DNA of 12,756 bases from an uncultured bacterium (GTDB lineage: Bacteria > SAR324 > NAC60-12): contig CBFIJD010000059.1 in assembly GCA_965662845.1 (NCBI GenBank), positions 1 to 12,756 on the forward strand. Reading direction: 5' to 3'. The notes under the pieces are model-generated. The model searched no databases and was not told where the DNA came from. It worked only from the letters and a program-made list of their open reading frames with translations. This document shows, one piece after another, positions 1 to 6,451 of the stretch. How positions within the stretch are numbered: position 1 is the stretch's first letter; the number at the start of each line of letters is the position of its first letter. The position numbers and the translations under genes are program-made.

Positions 1-374
1 GCCCCTACATGGATGTTTTTGTTTCTCGTTTTGTTTGTAGGGGCACCGCGCCGAGCGTTTGTAGGGGCGCACGGCTGTGCGCCCGTCCCCTATCGTTTCG
101 CCGAGCGTTGGGTTGGCCCTGCCGTGGGCCCGTCCCCTTTCGTTTCTCGTTGCGTTGGGGCGCACCGCCGTGCGCCCGTACCATATCCTTCCGTGGGCTG
201 TGCGCTCGTCCCCTATCGTTTCGCCGAGCGTTGGGTTGGCCCTGCCGTGGGCCCAGTGTTTCTTTTGTAGGGGCGCACGGCTGTGCGCCCGTACATGGAT
301 GTTTTTGTTTCTCGTTTTGTTTGTAGGGGCACCGCGCCGAGCGTTTGTAGGGGCGCACGGCCGTGCGCCCCTAC
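1..374. repeat. Cluster of GTAG-family REP-like palindromes with duplicated linkers (REP/BIME-like), continuing off the left edge
   Basis: Perfect 28-bp palindrome GTAGGGGCGCACGGCCGTGCGCCCCTAC at 347-374, with near-identical copies starting at 61, 154 and 267, a copy end at 1-8, and half-copies at 37 and 323. Block 1-84 recurs at 287-370 (286-nt offset) and block ~73-131 recurs at ~196-254 (123-nt offset). Confidence 0.85.
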
Positions 375-383
375 CTTGATAAT

Positions 384-420
384 GTCGTAATCCCTTCGTT
401 AATCAGGTCGTTTAGCGGTC
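384..420 (-). CRISPR. Single CRISPR repeat (leader-proximal), ~35-37 nt; no second copy in the window
   Basis: The minus strand reads GACCGCTAAACGACCTGATTAACGAAGGGATTACGAC, resembling the ...GACCTGATT..GAAGGGATT.CGAC repeat family found with type III systems. It lies directly downstream of an AT-rich leader that follows cas2. Boundaries cannot be confirmed from one copy. Confidence 0.7.
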
Positions 421-760
421 TCCCCCCGGCAACAGCTTGAAATCACTGCACTTTTTGTTCACTTTTCGCCAACCTCCACGCTCAAGGCTCCAAATACACT
501 CCATCTTCTCACCTCCTCTCGCTTACATTTGAGGGAACACATTGAAATCATTCAATAAATAGCCGCTCCGCCAACCTCTAGGGCGCACCTGAAAAAACAG
601 TCAAGAAAATCAAAGACTTAGCAGAGCAGCCTGTTTTCTCGCTGCGGTTGGCGGAAGTTATCTTTTTGATAAAAAAACAAAAAATCAATCAAATCAGATT
701 GATAAGAGCTAATGTACATCAAAGCATCGCAAAAGTTCAACCTTTTTCTCCGCCCTGCGC
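421..760 (-). promoter_or_regulatory. Putative CRISPR leader
   Basis: Non-coding AT-rich 340 bp between the cas2 stop (761) and the repeat. It contains repeated motifs TTGAAATCA (437, 542) and CGCCAACCTC (467, 569), and an inverted repeat TCCGCCAACC/GGTTGGCGGA (567-576/646-655). Confidence 0.65.
608..620 (+). promoter_or_regulatory. IHF consensus-matching site in the leader
   Basis: AATCAAAGACTTA matches WATCAANNNNTTR exactly and lies roughly midway between the arms of the 10-bp inverted repeat. Confidence 0.45.
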
Positions 761-1048
761 TCACACGATCACCACCCGTTCATACTGTCGCTCTGGTTCT
801 GCGGCGTCGCCATAGACGGTCACGCGCTGCTCACAGCGTTTGCACAGCGGGAAGAACTTAACGCCGTCTTCGTCGGGCTCCATCTCTTGCTCAAGCCGCC
901 GTCGCAGCCGCTTCAGATCTTTGGGAGCCAGCAGGCACTCAAACACGGAGCGTTGCAGGCGCAAGCCGTGTTCTTCCAAGATCTTCGCCACTCTGGCCAA
1001 GCGCCGTCGGTCGGCGATGTCATAGGTCACAATCCAAGTCTGTTCCAT
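761..1048 (-). CDS. cas2: CRISPR-associated endonuclease Cas2 (copy 2)
   Basis: 95 aa with WIVTYDIAD-RR, GLRLQRSVFEC and D-V-FFPLCKRC, all typical Cas2 motifs; follows cas1-cas2. Confidence 0.95.
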   Translation of the reverse strand: MEQTWIVTYDIADRRRLARVAKILEEHGLRLQRSVFECLLAPKDLKRLRRRLEQEMEPDEDGVKFFPLCKRCEQRVTVYGDAAEPERQYERVVIV

Positions 1049-1051
1049 GGT

Positions 1052-1342
1052 TCACACAATCTCATAGGGTTTGAAGTCGAGCCCAGGGCTGTTGCCGACG
1101 CACTCACACTTGTGGAGGCAGCGGCGGCAGACTTCATACACGCGGATCGAGTCGTCTGGGCCTGGGGGGGTGTGTTTTTGCAGAAAGCGCAGGATGTTCT
1201 CGCGTTCGGCATGGGAGCACTGCACCTCAAACAGCGACTTTTGGGAGTTCAGCCCATAGTCGCGCAGGAAGTGGTGAATCGTGGTGCGCAGTTTGTTGTT
1301 GCTGATGTCATAAAAAATCAGCAGCTGGGTCTCTTGGCTCAT
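1052..1342 (-). CDS. cas2: CRISPR-associated endonuclease Cas2 (copy 1)
   Basis: 96 aa with LIFYDISNNKLR, YGLNSQKSLFEV and DDSIRVYEVCRRC; starts 6 nt after the cas1 stop. Confidence 0.9.
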   Translation of the reverse strand: MSQETQLLIFYDISNNKLRTTIHHFLRDYGLNSQKSLFEVQCSHAERENILRFLQKHTPPGPDDSIRVYEVCRRCLHKCECVGNSPGLDFKPYEIV

Positions 1343-1348
1343 GGGGTC

Positions 1349-2512
1349 TCACTTCATTTGCAGGGGCACATACTGCTGTCGCTGGCCTTCGATCACCTCA
1401 CGCAGCAGCCGCGCTTGCTGCACGAGCGCCTCGCCATAGGTCACGGTGTGTCCCACGAGGGGGTGATGGAACTCGCTCTCCAGCTTCTCTTCAAAGGCGC
1501 TGATCACCCGCTTGCGCGCGTCGTGGGTCAGGCGACACGGGCGTTTGCCGTCAGAGTCATGTTCGGGGGCGCCGTCTTCGTTCAGGCGTTGTTCGGGGGC
1601 ATCAAAGAAGCCGTCGTCGCTGTTTTCGTGGATCATCCCCAGCGGGTCTTCGCGCACCTGCTCTGGGCGGTGAGTCGGCTCAGGGGACGGGGGGAGCGGC
1701 GGCGGGTCTTCATAAAAGAAGTCCTCAGCCTTGAGCATCTCCAGATTGAACAGGCTCAGCATGGTGGTCTCGGCGAGCAGGGAGCGGAACTCCTCGACCA
1801 AATCCATCACTAGCGAGTAGCGTCCATAGTCGAGGGCGTGCAGATAGCCGACGCCTGGGTGAAGGTTCGCCACGCGCAGCGCGGAGAGCGCCCGGTTGAA
1901 CAGCAAGGTATAGAGAAAAGAGAGCACCGAGTTGACGGGATCGGTGGGCGGACGCCGCACCCGCTTGCGGAAGTTCCAGTCTTTTTTGAGCCCGTGCCGC
2001 AAGCCTTGGAAGAACACCGCGGTGGCTTGTCCTTCGTGCCCGCGCAGCTGTTCGACGGTCTCGGCGCGCAGCGTCCGCTCCATCTCTTGACGAATCTTGT
2101 CGTGCAGACCTTGCAGCTCGTGTTGCAGGTGTTTGGCGCCGCGTCGCTTGAGGCGCCCGATGAGAGTCGCCATGTTGTGCTGCTTGCCGAGCACAAAGCT
2201 GCGGGCGAGGTCGCGGCAGAAGGTGGGGTCTTCTAAGGTCTGGAACTGCCGCTGGGTCAAGAAGACGTTCTTGCTCTCGTCCACTTCCAGGCGCCCTTTG
2301 TAGCGCCCGTGGGTGGTGAGGAACACGGTCTCGATCTTCTCGCGGCACAACAGACTGATCGCGCCGCCGGTGAGCGTCAGGTTCCCGACGAGCACCAGCT
2401 GTTCAATCCGGTGCAAAAACAGGGTGCGTAACAAGTTCCCCTCCACAAAGACTTGCAGCGTTTGTCCGTGGCGCTGCAAGTGGGCGGCGGGGTGATGAAT
2501 GTAGGCGATCAT
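1349..2512 (-). CDS. cas1: CRISPR-associated endonuclease Cas1 with a ~55-aa acidic/Pro-rich insertion
   Basis: 387 aa with LRGHEG (E160), R-RRPP-DPVNSVLSFLY, GYLH (H225) and SLVMDLVEEFR; AAGGAG SD upstream of the ATG. Confidence 0.97.
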   Translation of the reverse strand: MIAYIHHPAAHLQRHGQTLQVFVEGNLLRTLFLHRIEQLVLVGNLTLTGGAISLLCREKIETVFLTTHGRYKGRLEVDESKNVFLTQRQFQTLEDPTFCRDLARSFVLGKQHNMATLIGRLKRRGAKHLQHELQGLHDKIRQEMERTLRAETVEQLRGHEGQATAVFFQGLRHGLKKDWNFRKRVRRPPTDPVNSVLSFLYTLLFNRALSALRVANLHPGVGYLHALDYGRYSLVMDLVEEFRSLLAETTMLSLFNLEMLKAEDFFYEDPPPLPPSPEPTHRPEQVREDPLGMIHENSDDGFFDAPEQRLNEDGAPEHDSDGKRPCRLTHDARKRVISAFEEKLESEFHHPLVGHTVTYGEALVQQARLLREVIEGQRQQYVPLQMK

Positions 2513-2612
2513 CGCTCTCTCCTTCAGGGTGAGGTGAGGTCTCGGCTATGGGGTGGTCTGGCGGGAGGCTCCTGCCGAGGATTCTCCGCCAGCTCGGCAT
2601 CCGCAGACGGGG

Positions 2613-4712
2613 CTACTGCAGCGCGCGCCACGCGGCAGACTCCAAGCTCTGGATGGCCTCTTGCTCTGCCGTTTGCAGCAGGCGCTTCCGCTCGGCTCGG
2701 TCGCAAAACCCCGCCGCGAAGCCGTTGCGCAACAACAAGAACAGCTCCCACGGGCTCAGCCCCGCAGGTGTGAGCCGCGCTGCGCGGTGCAGCTCTTGGC
2801 TAAGGTCGCTGCGCGAGATGCCCGGGTTGTCGGTGTTCACGCACACGCGCAGCCCTTGGTTCAAGTATTCTTGCAGCGGGTAGCGCGGCAGGCGCTCGGT
2901 GTGGGGCAGGTAGTTGTCGCGGAACCCGACAATCTGCACATTGCTCGAGGGGCACATCTCAATCGCAATCCGTCGATCCAAGAAGCGCCGCAGCAGCTCC
3001 GGCTGCTCGCGCAGGGTCAGCCCATGTCCAATGCGGTCGGCTTGCAGGTGATAGACGGCCTCCCAGATGCTGCGGGCGTCGGCGGTCTCCCCCGCGTGAA
3101 TCGTGATCTGGAAACACCGCTGGAGCAGCGGCAGGAACGTCTCTCGCAGCTGGGCTGGAGAGAGCTGCTCTTCATGGCCTGCGAGGTCAAAGCCGACCAA
3201 GTCGCCAAAGCCCGCCTCGGCCAGCTGCTGGGCCAACGCGACGTGCTGCTGGAGCACCTCTGGGTCGCCGTGGCGGCTGCCGATGAAGAGCAAACGCGTC
3301 TGCACGTGCGGGAAGGCGGCGCAGGCGCGCTGGATGGTCTGGACGACCTCCTGTGCCGAGCAGCCGCCTCGGGTGTAGTTCAAGGGCGAGCAGCGAATCT
3401 CCAGATAGCGCACGTTCTCGCGCGCGGCTTGGCGCAGCAGCAACTCCGTGGCTTTGTGGATCGTCGGCACGGACTGCAGCAGCCCGCTGCCTTGCAGGTC
3501 GCCGAGCCGCTCATAGGCTTCGATGCCTTGGCCCACAAAGCTCCCCTCAGCCCGCGCGTCCCCAAAGATCAACTCGTCCAGCCCGGCAACGTGGTCAGCA
3601 AACTCCAGCAAGAACGCGCACACCGCCAGCGGCTCGGGGAGCTGTGGCGCGCGCAGGCTCTTCCACTGCTGGGGCAGGCTTTGGATGAGGTCGCGCAGCT
3701 CCGACCAGCGCTGCTGCCGCACCAAGGGACGCCAGCGGGCGACCCACGACTGCAGCCCCGCGTGGCGCTCGACCTCTGCGCGGTGCACCTCCGCGACCTC
3801 GACCAGCTCCGCCGCGCGCAGCACGCCCCCGAGGTGACAGTGCAGCTCTGGCTTGGGGAGCGCGCGCAGCCACGTCAGCTCCGCTTCTCTGCGGGCAGGG
3901 TCAACCCCCAGACGCCGCCGCCGCAGCTCCTCTAGCTTGGGGCGCGACAGCGAATAGAGCGCGAGGAAGTTCGTCCCTTGCTCACCGTCTAGCAGCTCCG
4001 CGCGATAGTTGGCGAGCAAGTTCGCGGACTCTCGCAGGCGCGCTTCAATTTGATCCAGAAAAGGGGTGGCATAGGCGCCTCGAACCGCCGCCGTGGGGCT
4101 CTCTGGCAAGGGGGGCAGCGTGAGCCGCTCGGTCAGAGGGTTGGCGCTCAGCTCTCGCTCGGTCAGCAACGGCAGCACCCGCTCGATCTGCGCGGACGGC
4201 CACGAGCCAAGGAAAGCCTCCGCCTGATCGGGCAGCCGCTCGGCGCCTCTGGGAGAGCGATCGAGCACGTGCAGCAGGCCGTCACACCCGAAGAAGGTCG
4301 CCGCCGCCTGCATGTCCGCGCTCATGGTCTTGCGTCCACCGGCCAGCGAGATCCACAGCTTCCCTAGCGTGGTCTGCTGGCGCGCGTGCGCGGTCACCGT
4401 GAACACCAACTCGCGAAACGCGCGCACCGCGGCGGCGCTCCCCAAGTCGGCCTCGCCAAACTGAAACACCCGCAGCCGCCGCCCTTGACCGTGAGCGCGC
4501 CACCACACCCGCAGCTGCTCAACGTCGGTGCCCGTGGTGGTGACCACCCACAGCTCGTCCACGGGGTGCATCTGTGCCTCCTCCCGTTGCCTGCGCAGGG
4601 TGTTGGCTTCCGGGTGGTGCTGGTAGAACCGCAGCTCTGGGTCATCGAGCCACAGCAGCAGCTCTGGAATGACGGCCCAAGAGACCCCTAACGTGGTGAG
4701 AAAAATGTGCAT
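2613..4712 (-). CDS. cad1: CARF-adenosine deaminase fusion, Cad1/CAAD-like type III effector (699 aa)
   Basis: N-terminal CARF motifs (IFLTTLGVSWAVIPE; ISLAGGRKTMSA) and C-terminal adenosine deaminase motifs (LPKPELHCHLGG, GFDLAG, HAGE, RIGHG, EMCPSSN, VNTDNPG). Start moved to ATG 4712, which has GGAGG 4 nt upstream; the longer ORF-track start lies inside the upstream gene. Confidence 0.88.
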   Translation of the reverse strand: MHIFLTTLGVSWAVIPELLLWLDDPELRFYQHHPEANTLRRQREEAQMHPVDELWVVTTTGTDVEQLRVWWRAHGQGRRLRVFQFGEADLGSAAAVRAFRELVFTVTAHARQQTTLGKLWISLAGGRKTMSADMQAAATFFGCDGLLHVLDRSPRGAERLPDQAEAFLGSWPSAQIERVLPLLTERELSANPLTERLTLPPLPESPTAAVRGAYATPFLDQIEARLRESANLLANYRAELLDGEQGTNFLALYSLSRPKLEELRRRRLGVDPARREAELTWLRALPKPELHCHLGGVLRAAELVEVAEVHRAEVERHAGLQSWVARWRPLVRQQRWSELRDLIQSLPQQWKSLRAPQLPEPLAVCAFLLEFADHVAGLDELIFGDARAEGSFVGQGIEAYERLGDLQGSGLLQSVPTIHKATELLLRQAARENVRYLEIRCSPLNYTRGGCSAQEVVQTIQRACAAFPHVQTRLLFIGSRHGDPEVLQQHVALAQQLAEAGFGDLVGFDLAGHEEQLSPAQLRETFLPLLQRCFQITIHAGETADARSIWEAVYHLQADRIGHGLTLREQPELLRRFLDRRIAIEMCPSSNVQIVGFRDNYLPHTERLPRYPLQEYLNQGLRVCVNTDNPGISRSDLSQELHRAARLTPAGLSPWELFLLLRNGFAAGFCDRAERKRLLQTAEQEAIQSLESAAWRALQ

Positions 4713-4728
4713 GGGTCCTCCATGATCG

Positions 4729-4971
4729 TTACGCAGCCGCTTCTTGGGAACGAGCGAGCATGCTTTCAATGCTGAGGTGATAATCCAGAGCTTCCCACTC
4801 AATCCCTGTATTCCCGCAAATGAACCGGTAGCTGCGCAGCTGCGTCAGTGTCGCGTTTTGCAGAGGGGGATACCAATCCATTGGTGTGGAGATAATCCTG
4901 CGATCCGTCAACAAGACGTGTAGATACTTGTCATCAAAATGGACTTCTTTACCTTGCACAAAACCAGTCAT
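4729..4971 (-). CDS. DUF2442-family protein (putative antitoxin), 80 aa
   Basis: VHFDDKYLHVLLTDRRIISTPMDWYPPLQNAT...GIEWEALDYHLSIESML fits the DUF2442 pattern; AAGGAGGT SD directly before ATG 4971. Confidence 0.85.
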   Translation of the reverse strand: MTGFVQGKEVHFDDKYLHVLLTDRRIISTPMDWYPPLQNATLTQLRSYRFICGNTGIEWEALDYHLSIESMLARSQEAAA

Positions 4972-5182
4972 CCCACCTCCTTTCAAATTCTTTCTGATGC
5001 TCCACCACGATGGCGAGGGCTACTTTGAGTTCCTTGGGTTTCAAGGAACTATGAACAACACGCAAACTCCGCAACTCAATCTTTGCAAACCCTTCGTTCT
5101 TGAGCACATGAATGTGCTTGGGCTCATGCGCGTTCGCATAAAAAAAGAACTTAAAGCCATTCAGAGTAAGCAGAGTGAGCCT
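4949..5182 (-). pseudogene. DUF4160-family reading frame (putative toxin) lacking a canonical start codon; absent from the ORF track
   Basis: Manual translation gives (R)LTLLTLNGFKFFFYANAHEPKHIHVLKNEGFAKIELRSLRVVHSSLKPKELKVALAIVVEHQKEFERRWDDWFCAR*. The expected ATG-CCx-ACT (MPT) reads AGG-CTC-ACT. The frame overlaps the DUF2442 start by 23 nt. Confidence 0.75.
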
Positions 5183-5206
5183 ACGACTCTCTTGGTTTCC
5201 ACAAGC

Positions 5207-6451
5207 TTACACTGTGGGGAAGGTGTCTTGGGGCGCCCGCACGATGGGCTTCAGCAGCTGATGAAACTCGTCAAACCGCTTGGAAGGAGAGCCCGCGGGC
5301 TCTCTTTGCTGTTTGGAGTCTTTGCGCCCTCCATGCGCGACGTAGTTTCGCAGGTGATGCAGTTGCCACAGCTCTTGGCTCCGTTGCGGATCGAGAGCCT
5401 GCATCGCCTCTCTGAATCGATCTTTCATCTCTTCGCTGGTCAGCTCTGAGGCGCTTTGCTTCTGCGCTGAGAGGATCGCTTCGAGCAGGGCCTCGTCGAG
5501 GGCGATCACCGCTTGCGCCATCAGACCATTCTGGGCGAGCTCTTTAGCAAGGTTCCAGAGCGTGCGGGGCAGGGTCGCGCCGAGCACACGGCTGACCCAC
5601 TCGGTGAGCTGGACCTTGACGGGCGCAAACCACGGAGGCGCCCCCGCAGGGTTGGCCATCTTCTCCAGCGAGTTCCGTAGCTGCCGCAGCGACTGCTCCA
5701 TCTGGTTGAGGCGGTTCTCCTGGAGCCGCAGCGTGATCTCAGCGAGCGCTTTTTGGCCAGAGGGCCAGAACTCCTGAACCTGGGTGGCCAACTCGGTACC
5801 GTCGAGTTTTTCAAAGAACAGCCGGACGGCGCGCGCGACCTGCTGAGTGGTCTGGATGTCATCGAGGAAGTGCACGGGAGAGGGGCCGTGGTAGTTCAGC
5901 TCGCCATAGACCAGCCGCACCGGAAGCGGGCAGGGCCGCAACGCCTGCCAGAACTGCAAGGCGCTGTTGAGCAGCATCGGCATCGAACGAAACCCGTGCG
6001 TGAAGTCCAACAACACCTCGTCGCCCGTGACCTGCTGCAACACCTCCACATAGCGCAGCATCTCCTGCTGGGCGTTCTCGGCGGTGACGCTGACTTCTCC
6101 CGCATAGAGCAAGACGTCTTGCTGCCAGCGCTGCGTCATGCGCTCTTGCAGCTGTTGGAGGTGTGCGTCGCAGATCCCCGCCCCACCGCGCCGCTCCTCC
6201 GTTTGTTCCAAGATCGCGAGCGCCAAGTCCTCGTCTCCCGCGTCGTCGGCGAGCTTCTCCCAGATCGAGGTCCGCGACCCCAACACCACGACCTGTGCGA
6301 AGGAGCGCTGCCGGCGCAGCGCCTCAGCGAAGTAGTCGGTCTCCTCCACCGCCGCCCCGGGGAACTGATACCGTGCCGGCGCGTAGGTCGGCTGGCTGGG
6401 GTCCTTGCCGCGGTTGCCCCCCAGAAAAGTGATCAGAGTGGTCTTCGTCAT
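5207..6451 (-). CDS. csx1: Csx1/TM1812-type CARF-HEPN ribonuclease (DxTHG family)
   Basis: 414 aa with N-terminal LITFLG...Y...Y-F, VVVLGSRTSIW, LLDFTHGFRSMP (DxTHG), VYGEL, and a C-terminal HEPN R-X4-H motif (RNYVAH). ATGA overlap with the cmr6 stop. Confidence 0.88.
   Translation of the reverse strand: MTKTTLITFLGGNRGKDPSQPTYAPARYQFPGAAVEETDYFAEALRRQRSFAQVVVLGSRTSIWEKLADDAGDEDLALAILEQTEERRGGAGICDAHLQQLQERMTQRWQQDVLLYAGEVSVTAENAQQEMLRYVEVLQQVTGDEVLLDFTHGFRSMPMLLNSALQFWQALRPCPLPVRLVYGELNYHGPSPVHFLDDIQTTQQVARAVRLFFEKLDGTELATQVQEFWPSGQKALAEITLRLQENRLNQMEQSLRQLRNSLEKMANPAGAPPWFAPVKVQLTEWVSRVLGATLPRTLWNLAKELAQNGLMAQAVIALDEALLEAILSAQKQSASELTSEEMKDRFREAMQALDPQRSQELWQLHHLRNYVAHGGRKDSKQQREPAGSPSKRFDEFHQLLKPIVRAPQDTFPTV

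Noticed and set aside
1..374. REP cluster interpreted as the CRISPR array
   Set aside because: Spacing is irregular (starts at 61, 154, 267, 347), the linkers are duplicated rather than unique, and the units are full GTAG...CTAC palindromes unrelated to the repeat at 384-420.
5..379. Four overlapping ORFs (85-117 aa) in the repeat region
   Set aside because: They are translations of REP palindromes and duplicated linkers with repetitive, non-protein-like composition.
1349..2512. RT-Cas1 or Cas4-Cas1 fusion
   Set aside because: There are no YADD-type RT or Cas4 Cys-cluster motifs; the extra length is explained by the internal insertion.
4713..4802. 30-aa N-terminal extension of the CARF-deaminase in the ORF track
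   Set aside because: It overlaps the DUF2442 gene; ATG 4712 has a good SD and begins at the first CARF strand.
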